A stretch of DNA of 63,400 nt, the filler included, from Ministeria vibrans ATCC 50519 (Eukaryota; Protista; Filasterea): NCBI GenBank assembly GCA_943704425.1. It is 4 parts of 4 records of this genome, joined end to end, with 100 filler letters (N's around TTAATTAATTAA, not from the genome) between each part and the next. Parts side by side here need not be neighbours in the genome. Positions count along the whole stretch, not along the records: positions 1 to 14,912 come from CALSCP010000138.1; positions 15,013 to 43,348 come from CALSCP010001049.1; 2 more parts are not named here. One strand, written 5' to 3'. Of the stretch, positions 14,501-24,654 are shown piece after piece. How positions within the stretch are numbered: the first letter of the stretch is position 1; each line of letters opens with the position of its first letter. Position numbers and translations under genes: made by a program. The notes beneath the pieces are model-generated. The model saw nothing but the letters and a program-made list of their open reading frames with translations, was not told the DNA's origin and ran no database searches.

Positions 14501-14912
14501 GGAGACGACGAACACTCGTCAATGTCACCTGCACACAGTGGACCCGTGAACCCGACAGGGCACACGCAAGAGTACCCATTGATCGAATCTGAACAGGTGC
14601 CGCCATTGTGGCACGGGCTCGACACGCACTCGTCGATGTTGGTGGCACAATGAGTGTCGGTAAATCCAGATGCACAGGTACACACGTAGCCGTTGATGAG
14701 ATCGTTGCAGGTCGCGCCGTTTTGGCACGGGTTGGACGCGCACTCATCGATGTTCGTTAGACAGGTTGCGTCAGTAAATCCAGGTGCGCAGGTGCACGTG
14801 TAGCCATTCACAGCATCGGTGCAGGTGCCGCCATTGGCACAGGGAAACGACGAGCATTCGTTGACGTTCGTTTCGCAATGGGCGCCTGTGAAACCAGGAG
14901 AGCAAGTGCAGG
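5599..14912 (-). CDS. Giant single-pass receptor/adhesion protein: more than 60 Ca-binding EGF repeats, two inserted beta-rich domains, LamG-like domain, TM helix, short tail; 5' end lost in the gap
   Basis: 3070-aa uninterrupted ORF of DIDECASxPCxNGATC repeats; LamG-like segment [10 protein letters not shown]...FAGRLADV; [25 protein letters not shown] followed by RYTRKK. Confidence 0.93.
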
Positions 14913-15012
14913 NNNNNNNNNNNNNNNNNNNNNNNNNNNNNNNNNNNNNNNNNNNNTTAATTAATTAANNNNNNNNNNNNNNNNNNNNNNNNNNNNNNNN
15001 NNNNNNNNNNNN
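14913..15012. other. Assembly spacer (N-run, TTAATTAATTAA, N-run)
   Basis: The same 12-mer with stops in all six frames sits inside N-runs at about 14957, 43393 and 49806. Confidence 0.95.
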
Positions 15013-15125
<113 letters not shown>

Positions 15126-15127
15126 AG

Positions 15128-15621
15128 GAGGCAGAGAAGCGCGTGCCAGCCGAGTACTATGCTAACCTTCACGCAATGCTTGAGGAGTGTGACCACGTTG
15201 TGCTGCTGTGCCCCCTCACGCCGGAAACAACCAAGCTCATTGACGCTGAGGCATTCCGCCACATGAAGAAGACGTAAGAGAAAGAGAAGTAATAGATAGG
15301 GCGGCGTCACTAATTTATGATTGTGGCCTGTATATTAGAGCAACGCTGACCAACTGTGCGCGCGGCGCGGTTGTGTGCACGGACGCACTGCTGGCGGCAC
15401 TCAGGGAAGAGCGTATCTTCGGAGCCGGGTGCGACGTGACCGACCCCGAGCCACTGCCGCGCGATCACCCACTGCTGCAGTGTGACAATCTCATTCTGCT
15501 CCCCCACAGGGGCTCGGCGACTGTCGCAACCCGCCGCGAAATGGCACGTCGAGCCTGTGACAATCTCATGTGTGGCCTGCGTGGCGATTCTCTGCTTTCT
15601 GCAGCTCCACACACCCAGTAG
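15128..15621 (+). CDS. D-2-hydroxyacid dehydrogenase (glyoxylate/hydroxypyruvate reductase-like), 3' part
   Basis: CDHVVLLCPLTPETTKLIDAEAFRHMKK / ATLTNCARGAVV / AGCDVTDPEPLPRDHPLLQCDNLILLPHRGSAT. Confidence 0.9.
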
Positions 15622-15784
15622 AGATTGGTGTATTTATAATAGTAAAAAATAATAAAATAATTATACCATAAAGAGAAGTGATAGAGAACAAAAGAATTAA
15701 TAAAGACGTATCACAATAAAAATAATAATTTTATTAATGAAAAAAAATTAAAAAAAAAAGTGATTCGAAAAATAACAAAAAAAA

Positions 15785-15929
15785 TGCCCAGGACCGGGTT
15801 CGAACCGGTGACCTTCGGATAACCCAACAACTTTCGCAAGCTGCTGATTTGTACATTGTGTTTTATGAGACCAACGAGGCACGGACTTTATAAAAATGAG
15901 TCCTTCATGACCAACTAGACCACCCAGGC
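15785..15929 (-). tRNA. Elongator tRNA-Met(CAU) with two introns: 28 nt at 24/25 (15877-15904) and 43 nt at 37/38 (15821-15863)
   Basis: Removing both inserts gives a 74-nt cloverleaf: acceptor GCCTGGG/CCTGGGC-A, D arm GTCT-AGTTGGTCA-TGAC, anticodon arm TTGGT-CTCATAA-TCCGA, T arm ACCGG-TTCGAAC-CCGGT. An oligo-T Pol III terminator follows directly. Confidence 0.9.
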
Positions 15930-16472
15930 TTGAACTAAATCAGCCAAAAAGTGCTATTTAAACATGTTTTGATCTTGCCACCCGCTTTTGCCCTTGTAAT
16001 GTCCACAGTATCAATCAACCTTTCAATTGGCTTAGACGAGAAGAAGGCTCTTACATTTACGTATTTATTTCAAAAATAAAAAAATCAATTTGGTGTTTTT
16101 GAGATATGTGTGGTCTGTCGTGAATGCAGAGGGATTGCAGACAAAAGAGAACACTAAGTGACACCGTGAGTCCGTGACACCGTGACAGTATGGCTGCATG
16201 ACTCTGGTCTAAATTTCATGAGAAAAAATATAGAAGAAGACGAAGAAGAAATAATCACTCAGTAACTCTCAAAATACGTTGATACAAAAAAAGTACAATG
16301 TCCGCCATAAACCAACTCCAAAAGATAGAGCGTTGACTCAGCGTTCATAGAAACATAGATTAAAAGTAAAAATACGATCTCACATCGAGCGAACAGGAAA
16401 TCGGGATGTACACTGATACTACTATTGAGAATATAAAAGAAGAATACACGCCTTATTCATTATTATTCATTT

Positions 16473-19400
16473 TTAATCCATGTCGTCGAGTAAATCATCG
16501 CCTCCAGCAGCGTCTTCGGCTGTCGATGCTAACTGGCCATGGGCCATCTCGCCGGTGGCCACAAAGGCAAGCGCAGTGTCTCGACTGACTGTCGAGTCTT
16601 CCGATTCATCCGTGCTAATCAGTGTAATCCCGTCGCCCACAACCATCTTCCAAAAGTCCTCTCGGTCCTTGAACTCATAGTCGGCCTTGAGCGTCTCCAG
16701 GAAGATGTTGAAAAGCGCACTCATTTCCACCGAAATGCACCCCTTGCGCATCGCACGCACACATTCCAGCGCCTTGTTGTACGCCTGTGCCTGTCCATAC
16801 GAATCCTCCACGATGCCCCGGAGCACTCGCCCGATCCCTACACACAAAGCCGCATCAAAAATAATAAGAGCAAATTCCCCTCCTCGATTGCGACTCGTCT
16901 TCAACTTTGCATCATTCAATACCTTCAATGGCTTTGTGGTGCAAATCCCCGTCCGAGTTCATCATGGCATTGAAATCCTGAATGGGAGTGTTGGCACCGA
17001 CGTCGGTGACCATGGCACCATCGCCACCGCCCATGCTTGCAAGCGCCAGACCGGCACTGCCCGACACACTCGCTCCCATCTTGCTTGCTTCGTCGTTGGC
17101 CAACATGGTTGTGTTCCACGCCGCGCCGCTCGACACGGCACCTGCACTTCCCGTTGCGCCCGCTGCAGCACGCTTCACGCCTTGCTCATTTACTTCGAGT
17201 GGAAATTCATCGCGCACACGCTTCAGCGACTCGCGAGCGCGTTCTTGTATCTCAGGGTTGCGTTCCAGCATCGCTTTGAGCGGTTCAGCCAGGGGTGCCA
17301 GTGGCTGTGCATGACCCCGCACAAAAAAAAATGTTTAAAAATGAACAGAGAGAGAGAGAGAGAGAGAGAGAAAGGAGGGAGATAGAAACAAAGTGATAGA
17401 GAGAGAGAGGAAGGAGGGAGATAGAAACAAAGTGATAAAGAGAGAGAGAGAGAGGAGGGAGATAGAAACAAAGTGATAAAGAGAGAGAGAGAGAGAGAAA
17501 AAAAAGTCATACCTGGTCAGGTTGAAAGACGCGGTGCTCTACGACCTTAAAAAGATGCTGCAGGCCTGGATTGGGAATGTGCTTGGGCTGCACGCCTTCG
17601 CCCCTCTCCCCTCGTCCCAGGTCCACGTCATCTAACTTCATTGATTCCACCAACGACTTGACAGCGTTGCGCTAAACAACAACGTTGTAATAATGAAAAA
17701 CAATTATTATTATTATTATAAAAAGATAAGACAAGTCGCAAATGAGAAAGGTCCTTTGGGTTCCATTTGCGTACTTGAGAGGTAGAAATGTTGCTGCGAT
17801 CATGCGTGAAATCGGGAAAGGAGTAGAAGCGAATGTCGTCGGCAAAGGGAACCTTCACCATCAGCAGCGAGTGGTAGTGTTCTTTGATGTGCGGAATGAG
17901 TATTACGAGTCGAGCGTCGAGTCCTGAGCAACCAAACGTGATTGTGATGTTGTGATTTAAACTCTTTTTTGTTTTGTTCTCATTGTTTTCAGTCATACCT
18001 TGGCGATAGACAAACCGAGCCAGAGCAACCTTCTTATCACGCTTGAGGGCACGCACAAAGGCATCAAAGGCACGCACAGCGTTGGGGTCGTTGCGCGGCA
18101 CCACAGCAGCCACACTGCTCATAAAGTGGAAGCGGGGAATGTCGTTGCGCGGCGTGAACTGCAACACGGAGAGACCGCTCGAGGTGGGGAAACTGTCGGC
18201 GTTCTTCTCGAGGGGCACATAAACCTTGCCAAAGCGATAGCCTTCGATCACCTCCTGCTCCTGCATGTCCTCGTCGTCGTCTCCGTCCGCCTGCCCCTCG
18301 CTCTCCTTGCTCATGGTCGTCTCGCGAATGGCCCGTACTTGGTCGTGCTGATTACCTCTCCCTGCATTGGCGTCGTCCTCGGAGAGCACAGAGTACTACA
18401 CCAGAACAAGAACAAGGTCGAATACGAACGGTTGAAGAAAAACAATAAAGTGTTAAGTGGTACCTTGAAGAAGGAGGGGTATTTTTGGGAGTTGGTGCGC
18501 ATGTAGGCCTCGACGGGGATTTTGACCTTGCCAGCAATGTCGAGGGCGCCGCGGTAATAAACTGTCTGACGTGTGCGCTTCTCGACAAACACCATGGCCT
18601 CAAGCGCATCGTCAATGGCAAACACACTGCCGTCCGCGACGGTGTCGGCCATTTCGTGCAGCGACTTCATCGCCTCCGTTTGCGGTGTTTCGGATGAAAC
18701 AGCTTCCGCGCTCTGCACCCCTGACAGCGACAGGCAGTCAATGACTTGCAAGATAAACCCGTGAGCCTTAAGTCCTTCGCAGATCGATTCAAACGAGCCT
18801 CGGTCATTAAGAATAGGCGAGCGACCGTCTACAACAAAAGCAAAAAGTGAGTGATACAACAACATGTAGAGGCAAGGGTGTATGTGTGTCTTAGTTGTGT
18901 GTCTTTTTGTGTCTTTGTTGTGTCTTTGTTGTGTCTTTGTTGTGTGTCTTTTTGTGTAGCTTTTTGTGTCTCTTTTTGTGTCTTTGTTGTGTCTTTGCTG
19001 TGTGTCTTTGTGTGTGTTTTTGTGGTGTTTGTGCTGTTTTTGGTGTGTGTGTCTTTGTGGTGTGTGTCGCTGTTGCGTATATGGAATGATGGACCTGTGA
19101 TCACAACAATGCGCTTGTCTTGCTTCTTCTTGGCGACCGATCGCACAAGCGAGTCCATTGCGACCACAACCGCATCAATGACTACGGAGACATGCCACGA
19201 AGAGAATAAAGAGAAGAATGTTATAAAAGGACGCGACAATGCGGACGCGGGCGTGCGGTTGGTGCTGCGTACTGTCGCCACTGTCGTTGAGGTTGAGTTT
19301 CAGCTCGTTTCGCAGGAACAACATCACCTCAAAGTCGGGCGGCGTGAGGTCGCGCGCCAACGAGATGTGTGCATACCGCTCGCTGCCCTCCTCGTACACG

Positions 19401-19736
19401 TTGTTGTTGGTGTCTGCAGGGAGTGGCAAAGGAAGGAGAAGAGGGGTTTTCGGAACAGAGACACAAACACGACGGAGAATGGCGGACGGCTGCGGTGCAG
19501 CGTACCTTCGCTTCCCACGAGTATAATGCCCACAGGCTCCTTGGAATTGAGAAGCATCTGCGAAAGGGATGAGAAGGGGGCGGTGTGCGTGCACTGTGCG
19601 GTACTTTGCGATTGACAATGTCGACGGCTGCCTGCCGCGCAAGCTCAAACGCACTGCGCCCCGCAGCACCCGTGACCCCCTCGGCCATTGGCGCCCCAAT
19701 GTCCAGGATGATCATGAGTTGTTCTTTCGAGTGCAT
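16473..19736 (-). CDS. XRCC5: Ku80 (vWA, Ku core, C-terminal DNA-PKcs-binding region)
   Basis: N-terminus KEQLMIILDIGAPM; GYRFGKVYVP; KVPFADDIRFYSF; C-terminus GGDDLLDDMD. Confidence 0.9.
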
Positions 19737-19827
19737 TGCGAAGAATGGAGTATGGATCAACAAAACTAAAACTGGAGTAAATGTTGCAATGTACTACTTG
19801 CAAACTTTTCACTTCATTAATTTTATA

Positions 19828-21343
19828 TTATTGCCATGTGTAGGCGGTCATCAAGCCCGAGCGGGGGCGCATAACAACGCTGTACTGGGTCTCGGAGTTG
19901 AAAGTGCCGCGGGTGTGCGTGTCGCCGCGCGTCTGAAGAACGCCAAAGAGCATCTTCTCGTTGATGTTGTCCTTGCCGACTGCCTCCATGGCGTCCGTGC
20001 CCACTTTGCGACGGTTGTCCGGTGCCGGTGCTAAGTCCGCAATGAGCCAACGCAATGGTGAGAAACGGAGTCGTGGGCTGTGTGTCTTACCGTTGCGCCA
20101 GTGGTCGTAGTTGGTTTCAAGGATGAACCAGGGCTGGGGACCGTTGGGGATGGACCAGACGTCGGAGTTGTTCCAGCCGCGCGTAACGACGGAACCCTCA
20201 CCGGTCTCAACACCCCCAATGATGAGGTAGACCTGCGCGGTGACTTTGGTGTCGGCCAGGGCGGCGCGGGCAGCGTCAAACTTGGCGTGCTGGGCGAGCA
20301 CATCGCGCACAAGAAAGCCCACGGTGGACGCCCCGTCCTTCTTGAGGTGCTCAATGTTCTCGATAATCTGCGCTGGGTTGATCGAGAAGCGCTCGTCGAC
20401 GGTGATGCTGAAGCCGTCCTTGCGCATCCCCGACAGGAGGCCGACGTAGCCCGCCCAGACGACGCCCTCGTACACCGCCTTGCCGCCCTCCTGGAAGCTC
20501 GCCAGGTACGTAATGTTAGAGAAGGAGTTGCCGCCAAAGTTGAAGTCCATGTTTCTAAAACATAAAACAAACGATGGGGCGTTAGGGCACAGGGTGTTGT
20601 GCATGCATGTTTGTCGCTGCTTGAATACCGCGCATGCCACACGCCAGGCTCAGCCGACTCGCTGATGATGGACGTGCACTCTGCGGACAACTCGTACACC
20701 AAATTGAGCGACACAATCGTCGACAGGCTCAGCACGTCGCCGTAGCCGAGTTCCTTGGCAACATCGGCAAAGCCGCGCATCTCCTCGACGTACTCCTACG
20801 GCGAGAGAGACCAACCAAGACGTTAAGCGAGTCGCACTATCATCAACTTGTACCTTGGGCATGTACTCCTCGCACGAGGTTGCAACCTTGCCAATGTAGC
20901 TCTGGAGTGCCGTGGGCAGCTTGTTCCAGTAGTCGACCACAGGCGCATACGATCCGGCAAATCCGTGTTCCGCAAAGATCTTTCGAATCACTGCGAAAAC
21001 ATTGTTCAATAAAACAAACAACCAATGCTAGTTTGGCTGCGCACACCAACGAGCACGTTTTTCATATCATCGTGATACCCCCTCGCCAGTGCGACAAGAG
21101 ACGCACGAGTCGCATTTCCGTTTGGTCATTCCCCAAAAAAAATAAAAACAATAACAACAACAATAATAAAACGGTTCTCTTACGAGGCTTCCAGCGCTCC
21201 CGCGCATCCATGTCAAGGTCAATGGTGGTGTGGTTGACGAGACGGGGAAATCCGGGGGGCGGAAAGTCGTTGGCGACGGGTGCAGTGTAAACGACAGCCA
21301 CAAGGCCAACGAGGACGGCGACAACAGCCGCAGTCGTCTTCAT
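19828..21343 (-). CDS. Acid ceramidase / N-acylethanolamine acid amidase (Ntn hydrolase) with signal peptide
   Basis: TIDLDMDARERW; NLVYELSAE-CTSII (Ntn nucleophile Cys); HARNMDF; WAGYVGLLSGMR; ETNYDHW. Confidence 0.92.
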
Positions 21344-21530
21344 CCTAATTGATAGTTGCTATAATAAACTACGGTTTCGTGAAAGAATACGAATTGAGTA
21401 TTATTAGTTTATTACGTGAAGGGTGAAAGATCAACGATTAAGTCTGAAGTCATCCAGTCATCAGTGGATTTTGCTTTAGCTCGCACTCCTCACACACATT
21501 GGTTCAACTGCTGAAGCATAATACATAAAC

Positions 21531-23504
21531 ATGGCACAGTCGGTGATCACGGGCGACATGGCGTACATTCCCGAGGACGGCATGTCTCTGAAGAACCTGA
21601 TGAACGAAGGCGCTGGCTTCACCTACAACGACTTCCTCATTCTCCCTGGCTTCATTGACTTTGCCGCAGCAGAGGTGGTAAGATGCGAATTGCCCGACAA
21701 AGGCGCCGCTGAATCGCGCCGCTGAGCGTGCCACGCGGAAATCCAACGCTGAAAAAACACATGCGCACACCGCTCACTGCGCTGCTCCTCTCTGCAGGGA
21801 CTCGAGTCCGCCTTGACGCGCAACATCACCCTTCAAACACCGTTTGTGTCGTCGCCCATGGACACGGTCACCGAGTCGAGCATGGCCGTCGCAATGGCGG
21901 TAAGACGGTGAACTGTGTTGAAACACCTTCTCACACTCGCTCTCACCCAGCTGAGCGGTGGCATTGGCATTCTCCATCATAACTGCACAGCCGAGTACCA
22001 GGCACGCGAGGTGCGTCGTGTGAAGAAGTTTGAGCAGGGCTTCATTGTGGATCCGGCAGTGCTCACTCCCGAACACACTGTTGGCGATGTCGTTGCGCTC
22101 AAGAAGCGCTTTGGATTCTCGGGCATTCCCATCACCGAGACGGGTGAGATGAACAGTCAGCTGCTGGGCATTGTTACGGCGCGTGATATTGATTTCATCA
22201 AGGTATTGGGTTTCCTTCACACGCTCAATCTGTCTGACACACTCCACTCGGCTCTTAGGAGGATTCGTTTGACCGCAAATTGGCTGACGTGATGACTCCC
22301 CGGTCCGACTTGGTGGTGGGCAGCGCAGGAATTACTCTTGAGGAGGCCAATCATTTGTTGCAGACGAGCAAGAAGGGTACGATGGGTATTTTGCAGCGCA
22401 CACACAGTCCGGCTGACCTCTTTTGACCATTGTTTAGGAAAACTGCCAATGGTGAATGACAAGGACGAACTTGTCGCACTGATTGCGCGCACAGACATCA
22501 AAAAGACGCGTAGTTACCCGTTGGCGTCCAAGGACAAGCGCAGTCAGCTGCTTGGTAAGAAAAGAAAAAAAAGTGCTACCCTTCACAGACATGGGACTGA
22601 ACATTGTCTCTCTCTCTCTGTCTTTTTGTTTTAGCGGGTGCGGCGATTGGGACGCACGCGGGAGACAAGCAGCGGTTGGAGCTGCTGGCGAACAGTGGCT
22701 TGGATGTGGTTGTGCTGGACAGTTCGCAGGGCAACTCGTCGTTTCAGATTGAGATGATCCAGCACATCAAGCGTACGTATCCCGAAATGGAGGTGATTGG
22801 GGGGAACGTGGTGACGGCAGCGCAGGCCAAAAACCTGATTGATGCGGGTGTGGATGGTCTGCGCGTGGGCATGGGCTCGGGTAGCATTTGCATTACACAG
22901 GAGGTCATGGCAGTGGGTCGTCCCCAGGCCACGGCGGTGTACCGTGTGGCCGAGTATGCCCGTCGGTACGTCACTGCACGGCTTTTCTTGTGCCACTTCC
23001 CTCTAAACCCTTGCTTCTGCACTGCATAGGTTTGGCGTGCCTGTGTGTGCCGACGGCGGCATCTCCAATGTGGGGCACATCACCAAGGCAGTGGCTCTTG
23101 GTGCGTCGACCATCATGATGGGCAGCATGCTTGCCGGCACTACCGAGGCACCCGGCGAGTACTTCTTCCAGGACGGTGTGCGTCTTAAGAAGTACCGTGG
23201 CATGGGCTCGCTCGACGCCATGGAGAACCTCAGCAGCAAGAGCCGCTACTTCAGTGAGCACGACAAGGTGCGTGTTGCCCAAGGGGTCAGCGGCAGTGTC
23301 CAGGATAAGGGCTCTGTCTTCCAGTTTGCTCCCTACCTTGTGGCGGGTGTTCAACACGGCTGTCAGGACATTGGTGCACGCTCTCTCAAGCAACTGCGTG
23401 CCATGATGTACTCGGGTCAGGTCCGCTTTGAGCGACGCACCCCCGCCGCGCAGTTTGAGGGCGGTGTCCATGGCCTTCACAACTACGAAAAGCGTCTCTA
23501 TTAG
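21531..23504 (+). CDS. IMPDH: Inosine-5'-monophosphate dehydrogenase
   Basis: [28 protein letters not shown] pair, [35 protein letters not shown]. Confidence 0.97.
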
Positions 23505-23681
23505 AAAATAAAAAAATAAAAAATATCATCTTTTCTATGAAAGGAAGAACGTCAAGAAAGAGCTATAGTATAATAATAGTTTAATAGTATTTTGAAGCAA
23601 GCATGATTGTAATAATGACATTGCATTGACTTTGATCACTATCGCAGACAGTTCGCAGTTATTATCAATTATTTTCGAGAG

Positions 23682-24585
23682 ATGAGCTTGGAAGTGCCTG
23701 TAAAGCGGCTTGTGAAGCTGCTGAGCCGGCGGCGAGGCACCGCAACAGGTTTTGAATGATTTTGGGGCAGTGAGCGTTGTTTTTTTTTTTATCGCTGACA
23801 TCTCATCCCTCTTCGCCGTTTAGCCTGTGCTGCTGCCGCTGCCGGCGCTCTCTTTCTTTGGTCGAAGACGCGCAAGGTAACGGGGCTGACGATGAATTTC
23901 GAGAGAGAGACGGCCGTTGATTGGGCGACGAGGGGGAAACGATCGCACGGGCTTTTCCACCCGTTGACTTGCGGATACGCTGACGTCCTCGCGCCTCTGC
24001 GGCGCTTCTTGTGTGGTGTAGACGTCGTCGAGGACCGCCATGGCCAGGGGGGGCGATCCATCGAAGGGCAAGCCGGCGCACAGGAAGGTCGCTGTGAATC
24101 GGGAGTTTCTCTTGCGCATTCGTCGTCTGCTGAAGATTGTCTTGCCCGGCTGGCGCAGCAAGGAGGCGCTGCTGCTGTTTGCACACACTGTCACGCTCGC
24201 CCTGCGCTCCTTTCTGTCCCTCTATGTGGCCGGCTTGGACGGCGAAATCACCAGGAGCATTGTGAACCGTGAGCCGTGGGCGTTTGCCGGCAAGCTGAGT
24301 ATCTGGCTCATGATTGCGCTGCCGGCCACCTACATCAACAGCATGATCCGCTTCCTCGAGAGCAAGCTTGCCCTTGCCTTTCGCACGCGTCTCGTCAAGC
24401 ACGCCTATGAAATGTACTTTGTTGATGAGTGCTACTACCGCATTGGCAATCTGGACAACCGCCTCGCCAACGCCGATCAGGTAAATAAATATTAATAATA
24501 ATAATAATATATTATTATTATTATTATTTTATTATTATTATTATTATTGTTGTTATTATTATTATTATTGCTATTATTATTATTA

Positions 24586-24654
<69 letters not shown>

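Noticed and set aside
5606-14747. Many overlapping and antisense ORFs across the EGF gene
   Set aside because: Shadows of a GC-rich repetitive coding sequence.
5599-14912. Notch or Crumbs orthologue
   Set aside because: No LNR, NOD or ankyrin domains, and no Crumbs GxY/ERLI tail; only the architecture is similar.
14957-14968. TTAATTAATTAA palindrome (also 43393, 49806) as a biological motif
   Set aside because: Always embedded in N-runs; an artificial contig linker. Gene adjacency across these points is unreliable.
18851-19089. Cys/Val/Phe-rich ORF
   Set aside because: TG/TC low-complexity intron of Ku80.
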